Assembly (NCBI GenBank): GCA_036985875.1
Contig: BTQM01000001.1
Coordinates: 1-41,583, forward strand
DNA length: 41,583 nt
Reading direction: 5' to 3'
From: Patescibacteria group bacterium
Lineage (GTDB): Bacteria > Patescibacteriota > Minisyncoccia > Phycocordibacterales > UBA1539
Shown: positions 8,654-18,447 of the stretch, in pieces
Numbering within the stretch: position 1 is the first letter of the stretch
Layout: the number at the start of each line of letters is the position of its first letter
Made by a program: the position numbers and the translations under genes
The notes under the pieces: generated by a model
Seen by the model: the letters and a program-made list of their open reading frames with translations, nothing else
The model's database searches: none
What the model was told of the DNA's origin: nothing

Positions 8654-10285
8654 ATGCGTAAAAAAAATATACAGATAATTATTGTTGTGTCTGTCACCCT
8701 GTTAATATTGGTATGGGGATTTGTAAAGTTTAAGGGTGAGGAAATTCCACATGACTTTATTGTTGTGGAAAAGAGCGAGCTTGTTCTGGAGGTGAGTGTT
8801 ACGGGACGCGTAAAGCCCGCAGAAAGCGTTTCGCTTTCGTTTGAAAAAGGAGGAAAGATATCGCGCGTTGCCGCCGGTGTAGGCGAGCGGGTAAAAGCGG
8901 GGGATACGTTGGTGGTTCTTGAGAACGGTGAACTTTTGGCGGAGCTTTCAGAAGCACAGGCGGGAGTGGAGAGCGCGAAAGCGGCACTCAGCCAATATCA
9001 AGCGTCTCTTGAAACCCAGAAAGCAAAGTTTGCTGAACTTAAGCGTGGCACCAGACCCGAAGAAATACGTGTACAGGAGGTAAAAGTAGAAAACGCAGAA
9101 ACTTCCCTAGCGAATGCAAGGAAGAACCTCGTGGACAAACTGCAGGACTCTTATACAAGATCAGACGATGCTATACGAAACAAGGTTGATAAATTTTTCA
9201 ACAATCCACGCAGCGCTGATCCACAGATATCGTTTACGATCACGGACTCCAAGCTGGAAATCGATATTGAGGGGGAGAGATTCCAGCTGGAGAATATTCT
9301 TGTACAGTGGAAGACCTCTCTTGATGAACTTGCAGTGGCAAGCGATCTTGAGCTCTACACAGAGCAGGCAAAGCAAAACCTTGTTCTTACGAAATCATTA
9401 CTGGACAAAGCTTCCCTTGCGGTGGGCGGTGCTTCTCCGAGTACGAACATAACCCAAACGACCATTGACGGCTGGGCGACGAATGTGTCAACCGGCAGAA
9501 CCAACATCGCCTTGGCCGTAGGCAACCTTACTGCCGCTGAGGAGAAACTCCAAACTGCGGCATCCACCCTTGCGCTTGCCGAGCAGGAGCTTGTGCTCAA
9601 GGAGGCGGGTACTCCCGTTGAACAAATAGCAGCGCAGGAAGCGGCAGTCAAGCAATCGGAAGCGAATATTGATTCACAAGCTGCTCGGATAAAACAGACA
9701 GAGGCCCGTGTTGTGGCAGTCCGGGCGCAGATCGCCAAGACAATTCTCCGTTCCCCGATAAACGGAATTATTACCGCGCAAGACGCAAAGTCAGGCGAGA
9801 TTATTTCTGCGGGAGTGTTACTAGTTTCTCTTATCTCAGATGTGCGTTTTGAAATTGAGGCAAACGTGCCTGAAGCGGATATCGCGGACATTGAGGTTGA
9901 TGACAGCGCGCGTGTTACACTTGATGCTTACGGTGGCGATGTTCTGTTTGAGACAAAGGTGACTGTTATATATCCAGCCGAAACAATTGTTGAGGGAGTG
10001 GCAACGTATAAAATCATACTTGAATTTAGTAAAGAGGACGAGCGTATAAAATCTGGCATGACGGCGAATATTGATATTTTAAGCGAGACGCGCGAGAATG
10101 TTATTGCCGTTCCTGGACGTGCGGTGTTTTCAAGAAACGGAGAAAAATTTGTAAGAATCATATCAGGCGGGATCATTGAGGAAAGAGAAGTATCGGTTGG
10201 CATACGAGGCTCTGACGGAGATGTGGAGATCGTACGGGGGATAAGTGAGGGGGAGAAGGTCATTGTCTTTTTCCGCGAGGATTAA
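8654..10285 (+). CDS. HlyD/MacA-type periplasmic adaptor (membrane-fusion) protein
   Basis: 543 aa. N-terminal TM segment, long Ala/Gln/Glu-rich coiled-coil hairpin, beta-barrel C-terminal part. Immediately precedes MacB-type ATPase and permease genes. Confidence 0.85.
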   Translation: MRKKNIQIIIVVSVTLLILVWGFVKFKGEEIPHDFIVVEKSELVLEVSVTGRVKPAESVSLSFEKGGKISRVAAGVGERVKAGDTLVVLENGELLAELSEAQAGVESAKAALSQYQASLETQKAKFAELKRGTRPEEIRVQEVKVENAETSLANARKNLVDKLQDSYTRSDDAIRNKVDKFFNNPRSADPQISFTITDSKLEIDIEGERFQLENILVQWKTSLDELAVASDLELYTEQAKQNLVLTKSLLDKASLAVGGASPSTNITQTTIDGWATNVSTGRTNIALAVGNLTAAEEKLQTAASTLALAEQELVLKEAGTPVEQIAAQEAAVKQSEANIDSQAARIKQTEARVVAVRAQIAKTILRSPINGIITAQDAKSGEIISAGVLLVSLISDVRFEIEANVPEADIADIEVDDSARVTLDAYGGDVLFETKVTVIYPAETIVEGVATYKIILEFSKEDERIKSGMTANIDILSETRENVIAVPGRAVFSRNGEKFVRIISGGIIEEREVSVGIRGSDGDVEIVRGISEGEKVIVFFRED

Positions 10286-10314
10286 CTTAGGCAGGTTCCT
10301 AAATCTGAATAGTT

Positions 10315-11022
10315 ATGCATTTGATCGAGGTGGACAACGTGAAGAAGGAGTATCCGGACGGAACCCGTGCGCTTCGCGGGGTTTCTTTTTCTGTCAGAAA
10401 AGGTGAATTTGTCGCGGTAACCGGTAATTCCGGTTCGGGAAAATCTACGCTTCTGCATATACTGGGGTTTTTGGACAGACAGACGGCGGGCACGTATCGG
10501 TTTGAAGGAAAGACCATTGACGACTATTCAAGAGAAGAGATCGCCCATGTGAGAAACAAAAGAATGGGATTTGTGTTCCAGTCTTTCAATCTGCTTGCTC
10601 GCACCAGCGTTTTAGAAAACGTCAAATTACCCCTTTTATATTCTAGTGTGGAAGAATCACTGAGGGACGAGCTTGCACGTCGTGCCATAGAAGCAGTTGG
10701 TCTCTCGCATAGAGTGAGACACGAATCTGCTCAGCTCTCCGGTGGCGAGAAACAGCGCGTGGCGATCGCACGGGCACTGGTGAACAAACCCAACCTTATT
10801 TTCGCAGACGAGCCGACGGGCAATCTTGATTCGGCATCAGGACAGAAAGTCATGGAGATCCTCCAGACGCTCAACGAAGCGGGCCACACCATTATGTTGA
10901 TCACGCATGAAACGTATACTGCCGAACATGCCGAGCGGATCATCCGCATTCTTGACGGAAAAATTGAAAGCGATACGATGGTGTCTCGCCGCAACCACGC
11001 ACGAAGAAGTTTTATTAAATAA
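10315..11022 (+). CDS. ABC transporter ATP-binding protein (MacB/LolD-type)
   Basis: Walker A GNSGSGKST, signature LSGGEKQRVAIARAL, Walker B LIFADEPTGNLD. Confidence 0.95.
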   Translation: MHLIEVDNVKKEYPDGTRALRGVSFSVRKGEFVAVTGNSGSGKSTLLHILGFLDRQTAGTYRFEGKTIDDYSREEIAHVRNKRMGFVFQSFNLLARTSVLENVKLPLLYSSVEESLRDELARRAIEAVGLSHRVRHESAQLSGGEKQRVAIARALVNKPNLIFADEPTGNLDSASGQKVMEILQTLNEAGHTIMLITHETYTAEHAERIIRILDGKIESDTMVSRRNHARRSFIK

Positions 11023-11107
11023 CCTTGAATTAGGAAATAGTTTCTACTGCGGTTCCCGCTACGAACCCATTTCCTAATTCAAGGTAAATGATTTTCATAT
11101 TCCCACC

Positions 11108-12352
11108 ATGACATTGAAAGACACATTCAACATCGCCTTTGATGGGCTCAAAACGAACAAGTCGCGTTCTGCCCTGACGATCCTTGGCATCGTCATTGGA
11201 ATTACCGCCATTATGCTGATCGTCTCCATCGGGCACGGAGCGGAGAAGCTCATCCTAGAGCAGCTCGGCGGAATGGGAGCAGATCTGATCGTGGTACGCC
11301 CTGGCAAGGAGCCCAAAGGTCCGTCGGATATTGCGGATACTCTTTTCGCGGACTCTTTAAAGAACTCTGACGTCGTAGCGCTTGGCAAAAAGAGCAATGT
11401 CCCCGATATTGTGGAGATCGTCCCCGCCGTTATCGTCTCCGGCAATGTCTCTCGTGGGGGCGAGACGTTTCGTCCTGCCATGTTCGGGTGGTCGGCGGAG
11501 TTCATGTCAGAGGTTTTTGACATATATCCGGAGGAAGGCGTGCCGTTTAGCGAGAGCGATATCCGCGGGAAAGCAAGCGTTGCCGTTATCGGATCAAAGG
11601 TCAAGAAAGAGCTTTTCGGCTCCTCTTCCGCCTTGGGCGAGAATATCAGGATCAAGAACAGGAATTTCCGCGTCGTAGGCGTTTTTCCGCAAAGAGGTCA
11701 GGTTTCCTTTCTTAATGTTGATGAGATCGTAGTGATTCCTTATACCACGGCGCAGTCGTATCTTTTGGGGATTGATTATTACCATGAGGTGATGGTGCGC
11801 GTGGGAAGCCCCGATGTTGTCGCGCGGGCGGTCAGGGACATAGAGCTTACGTTGCGAGAAACGCATAATATTACCGATCCAAACAAAGACGATTTTTTTG
11901 TCGTAACCCAAAAAGGACTGGTGGAACAGGTGGGGGCAATCCTCTCGGTGCTTACGCTGTTTCTCTCCTCTGTTGTTGCGATATCGCTTGTTGTGGGAGG
12001 TATCGGCGTTATGAACATCATGCTCGTTTCTGTGACGGAAAGGACAAAAGAGATCGGATTGCGCAAGGCGCTGGGTGCGACCGAACGCGACATTCTCACG
12101 CAGTTCCTCATAGAATCAATGCTCCTTACCGGCATCGGGGGGGCGGTGGGGATTCTTTTGGGCACCCTCTTTTCGTTCGCGACATCTTTTGTGCTGACCA
12201 ACATTTTCGGACTCTCCTGGGTGTTTACGTTCCCGCTTTTTGCAGCATTGCTGGGGATTGGCGTTTCCGTAGCGGTAGGTCTCCTCTTTGGTATCTATCC
12301 CGCCCGACAAGCATCGCTGAAAAGCCCGATGGAGGCGCTGCGGTATGAGTAA
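11108..12352 (+). CDS. ABC transporter permease, MacB/FtsX family with a large extracytoplasmic domain
   Basis: 414 aa. TM1, then a loop of about 230 aa, then three C-terminal TMs with the KEIGLRKALGA FtsX-family motif. Confidence 0.9.
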   Translation: MTLKDTFNIAFDGLKTNKSRSALTILGIVIGITAIMLIVSIGHGAEKLILEQLGGMGADLIVVRPGKEPKGPSDIADTLFADSLKNSDVVALGKKSNVPDIVEIVPAVIVSGNVSRGGETFRPAMFGWSAEFMSEVFDIYPEEGVPFSESDIRGKASVAVIGSKVKKELFGSSSALGENIRIKNRNFRVVGVFPQRGQVSFLNVDEIVVIPYTTAQSYLLGIDYYHEVMVRVGSPDVVARAVRDIELTLRETHNITDPNKDDFFVVTQKGLVEQVGAILSVLTLFLSSVVAISLVVGGIGVMNIMLVSVTERTKEIGLRKALGATERDILTQFLIESMLLTGIGGAVGILLGTLFSFATSFVLTNIFGLSWVFTFPLFAALLGIGVSVAVGLLFGIYPARQASLKSPMEALRYE

Positions 12353-12549
12353 TGGAGCTATTGGTGACGCAACAGCCGATCTCGCAGCATTCTTATTGGG
12401 AAATTTTATGTCCGCATGGTTTCTCACTATATGGATATTGCTCCCCTCTATGATCGTAGTATAATAACTATTACACATATCATTTTTGAACTGTCTCACT
12501 GCCCTGTTATGTCTGGCATATTCGTTTATTCGCAGTTAACATTATTATT

Positions 12550-13560
12550 ATGAAGAAAATACATCTTTTCTCTTTTATTGTGGCAGTAGTTGTTATTGGA
12601 GGCCTTTTCTATGTTCTGTTGGGTCAGAGGCAAGGGGATGACGGAGCATTACGGCAGTATACCGTAGGGATCGTAAATCCTGGCGGTGACACATTCACAA
12701 AATTTTTTAACGGATTTACGGAAGGCATGAGAAACATTGAACGTGACATGAACCTCAGCATCAAAATCGTACGTAAAAACTATGAAGGGAACAAGGAAAC
12801 GCGTATAAAGATGGTGACGGAAGTAGTTGGACTCAACCCTGACATATTTGTCACCATTTCAGGCCAACCCACCCTTCAAGCGCTTAGTGAAACGCTGGAG
12901 AGCCAGATACCCGTCTTGACCGCGCTTGGCGATCCGGTTGAACATGGCTATATTGATTCCCTACAGAGCTCGGGGACCAACTTGACGGGGGTTGCCCAGC
13001 AAAATATTGAACTTACTCCCAAGCGATTTGAGCTGTTGAAAGAGATGATACCAGACGTAAGAAGAGTGGCGGTGTTTTACGACACAACTTGCGGTCCCAC
13101 ACGAAAAGCACGTCCGATCGCCAATGCCTTTGCTCCTAAGCTGGGTCTTGAGCTCGTTGAGTTTCCGCTTACGGTGCCGACGCGCGAAGAGCTGGAGCAG
13201 GCGCTCCAGCTTGTGAACAAGGATGATTTTGACGCGCTCATGTTCTATCCCCATGGCACGCTCTTTTCCAAATCAGACATATTTTTAGCAAAAGCGAAAA
13301 AAGAAGGGTTACCCATAATTATGCCCGATGAAGGATCTATTTCCTTTGGCGCAATCGCTTCGTATGGTCCGAATTACTATGAAATGGGCAAGCGTCTGGC
13401 GCGGATTGCTGGAAAGGTCTTGAGTGGAATATTGCCCCGAGACATTCCTTTTGAGCAGCCGAACAGAATTGACTTTGTCATTAGTCTCCAGAATGCGCAA
13501 AAACTCGGTGTTGAATTGCCGGAAACAATCCTTGGGAGAGCAAGCAAGATTGTAGACTAA
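12550..13560 (+). CDS. membrane-anchored ABC-type substrate-binding-like protein (ABC_sub_bind type)
   Basis: 336 aa. N-terminal TM anchor and periplasmic-binding-fold pattern (...IPVLTALGDPVEHGYIDSLQSSGTNLTGV...ELLKEMIPDVRRVAVFYD...). No cognate permease or ATPase lies adjacent. Confidence 0.7.
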   Translation: MKKIHLFSFIVAVVVIGGLFYVLLGQRQGDDGALRQYTVGIVNPGGDTFTKFFNGFTEGMRNIERDMNLSIKIVRKNYEGNKETRIKMVTEVVGLNPDIFVTISGQPTLQALSETLESQIPVLTALGDPVEHGYIDSLQSSGTNLTGVAQQNIELTPKRFELLKEMIPDVRRVAVFYDTTCGPTRKARPIANAFAPKLGLELVEFPLTVPTREELEQALQLVNKDDFDALMFYPHGTLFSKSDIFLAKAKKEGLPIIMPDEGSISFGAIASYGPNYYEMGKRLARIAGKVLSGILPRDIPFEQPNRIDFVISLQNAQKLGVELPETILGRASKIVD

Positions 13561-13614
13561 CCGTGCGAAGAAGGGTGATCGCAATATGCCGTGCTATAGG
13601 CGGCATGCAAATAT

Positions 13615-15072
13615 ATGAAAAATCTTCGACAGCTCGCTTTCTTTTTGTCCATAGGCGCAATGATCGTACTAGTGAACCTCATTTGGTTTTTGCCGGTTGC
13701 CAGATCATTGAGAAGTAACGTAAGTGCCCTTGAGGCTGAGATCGTGGGAGGGGCTGTATTTGCCACAGACCATTTCATGGAAGAGAGGATTATTGAGCTT
13801 AACACTTTCGCTAGTTTTTTTGAGCGGGATATGAATGATCCCAGAAACGAGTTTTATCTGGAGCGTATTTTGAAAAGCGAATATTTTACGAAGGCGTCTT
13901 TAATAAATAGAAAAGGGGATGAACTTTTCAGGCGGGACAAATTCAAGGTAATCTCAGAAAAAGACATCAAGAGCTTCTCTGGCGAGCATGTGTTTGAAGG
14001 TACGCTCACTACAGAGCGCCCCTTCATCGGTCGTGTAATAATCTCTGAACTCTTTGAGCCGTTCGTGGATATCGGGATACCTGTTTTTGAATATGGCACG
14101 GAAGGCAACATACGCGGGGTGCTCATGATGACGTTTGACATAAAATCCATCTTCGACATTATTGCTGGCGTGTCTTCTAGCGTAGGTGGAAGAGCATATA
14201 TTGTTGACAAAGACGGGCTACTCATCGTACATCCTGACACCTCTTTGGTTCTAAAAAATCTCAACTATACATCCCGTGCAATTGTTGCCGATGTCCTTGA
14301 CAGAAAAAGAACCATTGTCTCCGACGACGATATATATACGTATATTAACGAAGACGGGATCAAGGTACTAGCTGTGGGGGGGTACATAGAAGATACCGGT
14401 TGGGCTGTTATATTTGAGGAACCGCGAAAAGAAGCACTGAGTAATCTGAGAGTTGTGCAGATATCCACCCTCCTTGCGATCCTTATTGTAATGTTTTTGC
14501 TTTTTGTATTGATACGAAACAGTACTCGGCTTGTTGAAGCGAGGCGCTTCCTTCAGGGCGCATTGAACGAGTCAAACAAGCTTGCTACGATAGCAGAAAA
14601 AAGTTTTGAGGGGGTCGTCGTTGTTGATCCTGCCCAAAATTATACATTTACATATGTTAATCCCATGTGGGAAGCGATGACGGGATGGTCCAAGGATGAA
14701 GTAGTAGGGAAAGAAACTCCCAGGATTCTAAAAAGCGGCAAGCATGATCAGGCGTTTTATAAAAAAATGTGGAATACTATTCTTGAAGGGAAGATATTCG
14801 TCGGTGATCTTGTCAACAAGAGAAAGGACGGCACCCTATATGACACTGACATTGCAATTTTCCCGATTAAAGATGGACACGGGAAAACAATTTTCTTTGC
14901 CGAAATAAGTCGTGACATCACGGAGAAAAAGAAAATAGAAAGAAAACTGCAAACTCGTACCGACGAAGTGGAACGGTTCAATAAGTTGATGGTAGGAAGG
15001 GAGCTCAAGATGATAGAACTTAAAAAGGAAATTGAAGCGCTCAAAAAGGAAATATCCACCAAGAAAGATTGA
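13615..15072 (+). CDS. Cache-like extracytoplasmic sensor, TM, PAS and coiled coil, with no output domain
   Basis: 485 aa. TM1, then a Cache-like region of about 250 aa, then TM2, then a PAS domain (PMWEAMTGWSKDEVVGK...). It ends in the linker helix FNKLMVGRELKMIELKKEIEALKKE and stops. Confidence 0.75.
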   Translation: MKNLRQLAFFLSIGAMIVLVNLIWFLPVARSLRSNVSALEAEIVGGAVFATDHFMEERIIELNTFASFFERDMNDPRNEFYLERILKSEYFTKASLINRKGDELFRRDKFKVISEKDIKSFSGEHVFEGTLTTERPFIGRVIISELFEPFVDIGIPVFEYGTEGNIRGVLMMTFDIKSIFDIIAGVSSSVGGRAYIVDKDGLLIVHPDTSLVLKNLNYTSRAIVADVLDRKRTIVSDDDIYTYINEDGIKVLAVGGYIEDTGWAVIFEEPRKEALSNLRVVQISTLLAILIVMFLLFVLIRNSTRLVEARRFLQGALNESNKLATIAEKSFEGVVVVDPAQNYTFTYVNPMWEAMTGWSKDEVVGKETPRILKSGKHDQAFYKKMWNTILEGKIFVGDLVNKRKDGTLYDTDIAIFPIKDGHGKTIFFAEISRDITEKKKIERKLQTRTDEVERFNKLMVGRELKMIELKKEIEALKKEISTKKD

Positions 15073-15162
15073 GCTCTTCCGAATAATTTCCCGTCGCCTT
15101 TTTCGCTATTGTGCTTGCACAATAAAAACCCGCCCCGCTAGAAGCAGAACGGGCTCCCTATC

Positions 15163-15903
15163 TCATTGCCTTTCGTGGAGGGTAACAACACCTTCTTTGC
15201 TGATAGTGCCGAAATGGCAGGGGATATCAATATCAGCCCAACAGCCGATATTGCAATAGTGAATTCCATCGATAGTCTTCTCCATCCCGTGATGGGAATG
15301 CCCAGAGAACACATAGTCCTTACCTTTCTTCAACGCGTACTCCACAGATCCCTGGGCAATCTCTTCTGACGCCCGCTGCCACGACCAATGGAAACAGCGT
15401 CGTACCATTCCGCTGAGTCGCCCCTGCTTCCTGTCCATCTTCTGTAGCATGAGATACATATACGACACCATGTCGTTAAGTCTTCTGTTGTTAATCAAAA
15501 ACTTGTCGAATTGATGTCCGTGGATAGCAAGGTAGCGCACCCCGTTTATTTCCCATGTGTGAGCTTTCTTTTCTATTTTGGCACCGAGAAGACATGACAT
15601 CATCTTTACCACTAGCGGATGGTCATGGTTTCCTCTTACCCAGATTATTTCCACGCCTTGTTCGGAAAGCGTCTGGATGTAGGACATAAGCTTCCATTGG
15701 TCCTCGTCCAACCCCTCGAAGTTGAGGTCATCAAAGATGTCTCCAAGGAGAATAAGTTTTTTGTACCTATATTCCTCAAGTACCCCCAAAAGCTCTGCCG
15801 CGCGGCATACCACCGATCCAATATGGACGTCTGATACCAATAGAACCTCCAGAATCTCACATAGGATCTGGGCGGTTTTGGGCTTCACTATGTCTTTTTT
15901 CAC
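15163..15903 (-). CDS. calcineurin-like metallophosphoesterase (LpxH-like fold)
   Basis: Motifs VSDVHIG, GDIFDD, GNHD, HGH and GHSHH in canonical order. GTG start preceded by AGGAGG. Confidence 0.85.
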   Translation of the reverse strand: MKKDIVKPKTAQILCEILEVLLVSDVHIGSVVCRAAELLGVLEEYRYKKLILLGDIFDDLNFEGLDEDQWKLMSYIQTLSEQGVEIIWVRGNHDHPLVVKMMSCLLGAKIEKKAHTWEINGVRYLAIHGHQFDKFLINNRRLNDMVSYMYLMLQKMDRKQGRLSGMVRRCFHWSWQRASEEIAQGSVEYALKKGKDYVFSGHSHHGMEKTIDGIHYCNIGCWADIDIPCHFGTISKEGVVTLHERQ

Positions 15904-16020
15904 CGAATCCTCCTGCGTTTTCTACGAACGAATTCCTGTTCTCTACGCTAACATATCGGACTGTATTTTTCAAACGTATATCCGCACCTCGCGTGCGGAT
16001 AGTAAACCAAGCTTTCTCTG

Positions 16021-16049
16021 TTGACCGCTGTTTCCTTCCCATTTATACT
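16021..16049 (+). promoter_or_regulatory. sigma70-type promoter (TTGACC-17 nt-TATACT)
   Basis: -35 at 16021-16026 and -10 at 16044-16049, read directly. A downstream GGAGGAG Shine-Dalgarno sequence precedes the ATG at 16084. Confidence 0.5.
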
Positions 16050-16083
16050 TGATACAGTCGTGTTTTTTTGGAGGAGAACTGTA

Positions 16084-16401
16084 ATGAACAGCGAACATCT
16101 GTTGTCCGCGGAAGAACTGATAAACCATGTTGATCTATACAGAAAAAGACCTCACGCGCTCATCCTCTTTAAACACTTAGTGCGCATTCGCTTTCTTGCC
16201 GGCTGGGACGTATCCAATATTCCGAAAGAGGGGCTTCATGACGATACGGCGGTTTCCCTTGCTGGGTACGACATAGACAAGCTCGTCTCCGATGCCGGAG
16301 AGCGCCTTCGCGGAGGACTCATCCCCGAGAGATGGGAAGTGCTGCTTGAGGAGTCCCTCGTGTGCGGGACCATGGGCAACGTCATTCAGTTTGAAAAATA
16401 G
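16084..16401 (+). CDS. hypothetical protein
   Basis: 105-aa ORF starting from the first ATG. Strong Shine-Dalgarno sequence TGGAGGAGAACTGTAATG. Followed by a strong terminator. No motif recognised. Confidence 0.55.
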   Translation: MNSEHLLSAEELINHVDLYRKRPHALILFKHLVRIRFLAGWDVSNIPKEGLHDDTAVSLAGYDIDKLVSDAGERLRGGLIPERWEVLLEESLVCGTMGNVIQFEK

Positions 16402-16451
16402 TGCGATGCGCTGAAAACACACCTTGCAATTTGAGGTGGTGCCGCATACAA

Positions 16452-16489
16452 CCCGTTCCGCTTTTAGTGCGGAACGGGCTTTCTTTTTC
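16452..16489 (+). terminator. rho-independent terminator
   Basis: CCCGTTCCGC / GCGGAACGGG stem followed by CTTTCTTTTT. Confidence 0.9.
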
Positions 16490-16516
16490 GTAGGTTATAG
16501 GCATCGTGTTTTGCAA

Positions 16517-16556
16517 GTCTTCTTTAACTTGTACTACGGTACAAGTTAAAGAAGAC
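16517..16556. repeat. perfect 18-bp-arm palindrome P1 (GTCTTCTTTAACTTGTAC-TACG-GTACAAGTTAAAGAAGAC)
   Basis: Read directly. Lies between the terminator at 16452-16489 and the gmk promoter. Its half-site matches the palindrome at 36967-37004 in 14 of 17 positions. Confidence 0.9.
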
Positions 16557-16618
16557 CCAAGGAATTTTATCAGTCTTGTGTTTTTGGGGATGCCGTTGAA
16601 TTTGGGCTATATCGGGGG

Positions 16619-16624
16619 TATAAT
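16619..16624 (+). promoter_or_regulatory. -10 TATAAT, 11 nt upstream of the gmk ATG
   Basis: GGGGGTATAAT-TTTTAGAGCAT-ATG. No Shine-Dalgarno sequence. Implies a very short leader. Confidence 0.4.
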
Positions 16625-16635
16625 TTTTAGAGCAT

Positions 16636-17259
16636 ATGAAAGACAAAGCACACACAACAGGACGCACCGAGAGGGGATTATTGGTTCTTATTGTAGGGCC
16701 CTCATGCGTGGGTAAAACAACGATTACGGAGCGGCTCAAGGAGAAGTATCCCAATGCAGGTGAGCTTATCTCCACCACTACGCGCCCGCCGAGAGAAGGG
16801 GAGAAAGAAGGTGTCCACTATGAATTTACGACAGGGGAGGATTTTCTCGCCAGAGAACGTGTGGGCGGATTCTACGAAACGGCAAAATATTGCGGCCATC
16901 ATTATGGCACCTCGCGAGCGCAGGTTGAAACACTTTTGAAGCGCTACCCCGTCGTTTTCGGAGTGCTCAACGTACAGGGATGCCGTGCGGTGAAAAGTCG
17001 AATGCCGGACACCTTGGTGGTGTTCATTGTTCCCGGCGCGCTTCGCGAGATCGAGGTCCGCTTACGCGCGCGGAGAAGCGCCACGGAAGAAGAGGTGCGG
17101 AAGCGTTTGGATGAAGCGCGGGAGGAGATGGGGTGTGCACACGAGTTCGGTATTCCCATCAAAAATGTTGATGGAGAGCTTGAGAATGCCCTTGCGGCGG
17201 TGGCAAATCGCATCAATGAGCGTTTTACCACCACTACAGCACCGCCCTTAAGCCCTTGA
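16636..17259 (+). CDS. gmk: guanylate kinase
   Basis: P-loop GPSCVGKTT and the STTTRPPREGEKEGVHYEF GMP-binding motif. Confidence 0.9.
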   Translation: MKDKAHTTGRTERGLLVLIVGPSCVGKTTITERLKEKYPNAGELISTTTRPPREGEKEGVHYEFTTGEDFLARERVGGFYETAKYCGHHYGTSRAQVETLLKRYPVVFGVLNVQGCRAVKSRMPDTLVVFIVPGALREIEVRLRARRSATEEEVRKRLDEAREEMGCAHEFGIPIKNVDGELENALAAVANRINERFTTTTAPPLSP

Positions 17260-17350
17260 CCTTTTGGGATTTTTATGGTAAACATATAGACAGAGATTAA
17301 GGTCGTTGACATACTTAAAATCAATGCATTGAAACAACGGAGGATATGAC

Positions 17351-18433
17351 ATGTGGAATGACTGGAGATGGTGGCTTGGACTTAAACCCAGGTGCGCCTT
17401 ACAGCCGGCGGATGGATTCTCAATTACCGCAATTATTCCCGCTTATAACGAGGAAGCGTCAATAGAAGAGACGGTACGAAGCCTTCAGGGGCAGAGTATC
17501 GCACTTGACGAGATCATTGTGGTTGACGATTGTTCAACTGATGGTACCGGTAGGGTAGCGCGTAGTTTGGGAGTTACCGTAATAAAGACCCCGAGAAATC
17601 AGGGCACGAAAGCACGGGCGCAAAATTTCGCGCTCAATCATGTGACAAGCGATTTGTTTGTCACCGTTGATGCGGATACTATTGTTGCACCTGACGCGAT
17701 CGAGAGGTCACTGCCTTACTTTAATGACGAGCGCACGTGTTCCGTATGCGGGTTCATTATCCCTCAAAAGATCACTACTCTGTGGGAGCGTGCCAGATTT
17801 ATTGAATATCTTTTTGGTTTGATGTTCTTTAAGTCTGCACAAAACAACATAGGCACGGTTCTTGTATCGTCCGGCTGTTTTGCTTTGTTCCGTACGGAGC
17901 AGGTAAAGCGCTTTGGCGGTTTTGATCCACGTACGTTCGCGGAAGACATGGATCTTACATGGACATTGCTAGGGGAGGGATCCCGCGTCTACTACGCACC
18001 GGATGTGTATTGTTATCCGATTGATCCCCCCACGCGTACGATCTATGTGAATCAGCTTGATAGGTGGTATCGTGGGTTTTTGCAAAGCATAGCAGTGCGC
18101 CACTTCCGGCTTGGCAAAAACAAAAAGCTCGGAGTGCTTGTCTACTTCTACCTGCTTGATTTCGGGGTTGCGCCGATTGCCACTCCGCTTCTCGTATGGT
18201 TTTTCACAGGAAGCGTTACTTTTGCTTTATCTGCGGCGGTAATTCTCGGAATCGCGATCGTTGCGATCTCGTGTGTCGTAAAAGGGTTGCAACTGGGAAT
18301 GCTTGTGAAGGCTCTTACTTCGCTTCCCGCATACTTTCTTGTGCGCCCGGTCAACATGTTCGTTTTTTGGCGGGCGATCTGGAGAGAGTGGATCAAGCGT
18401 GATAAGCTTGCCGTCTGGAATAAAGGACATTAA
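17351..18433 (+). CDS. processive family-2 glycosyltransferase (membrane-embedded polysaccharide synthase type)
   Basis: IIPAYNEE, VVDDCSTDGT, VDADT and QLDRW (QxxRW) motifs plus C-terminal TM helices. GGAGGA Shine-Dalgarno sequence. Confidence 0.85.
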   Translation: MWNDWRWWLGLKPRCALQPADGFSITAIIPAYNEEASIEETVRSLQGQSIALDEIIVVDDCSTDGTGRVARSLGVTVIKTPRNQGTKARAQNFALNHVTSDLFVTVDADTIVAPDAIERSLPYFNDERTCSVCGFIIPQKITTLWERARFIEYLFGLMFFKSAQNNIGTVLVSSGCFALFRTEQVKRFGGFDPRTFAEDMDLTWTLLGEGSRVYYAPDVYCYPIDPPTRTIYVNQLDRWYRGFLQSIAVRHFRLGKNKKLGVLVYFYLLDFGVAPIATPLLVWFFTGSVTFALSAAVILGIAIVAISCVVKGLQLGMLVKALTSLPAYFLVRPVNMFVFWRAIWREWIKRDKLAVWNKGH

Positions 18434-18447
18434 CGAAAGGAGGTAAC

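Noticed and set aside
12353-12454. A 33-codon ORF starting at the TAATG overlap with the macB-type permease stop. A 17-codon hydrophobic ORF at about 12408 was also noted.
   Set aside because: Neither has a Shine-Dalgarno sequence, a -10 context or a terminator. The peptide sequences are unremarkable. There is not enough support to call either one.
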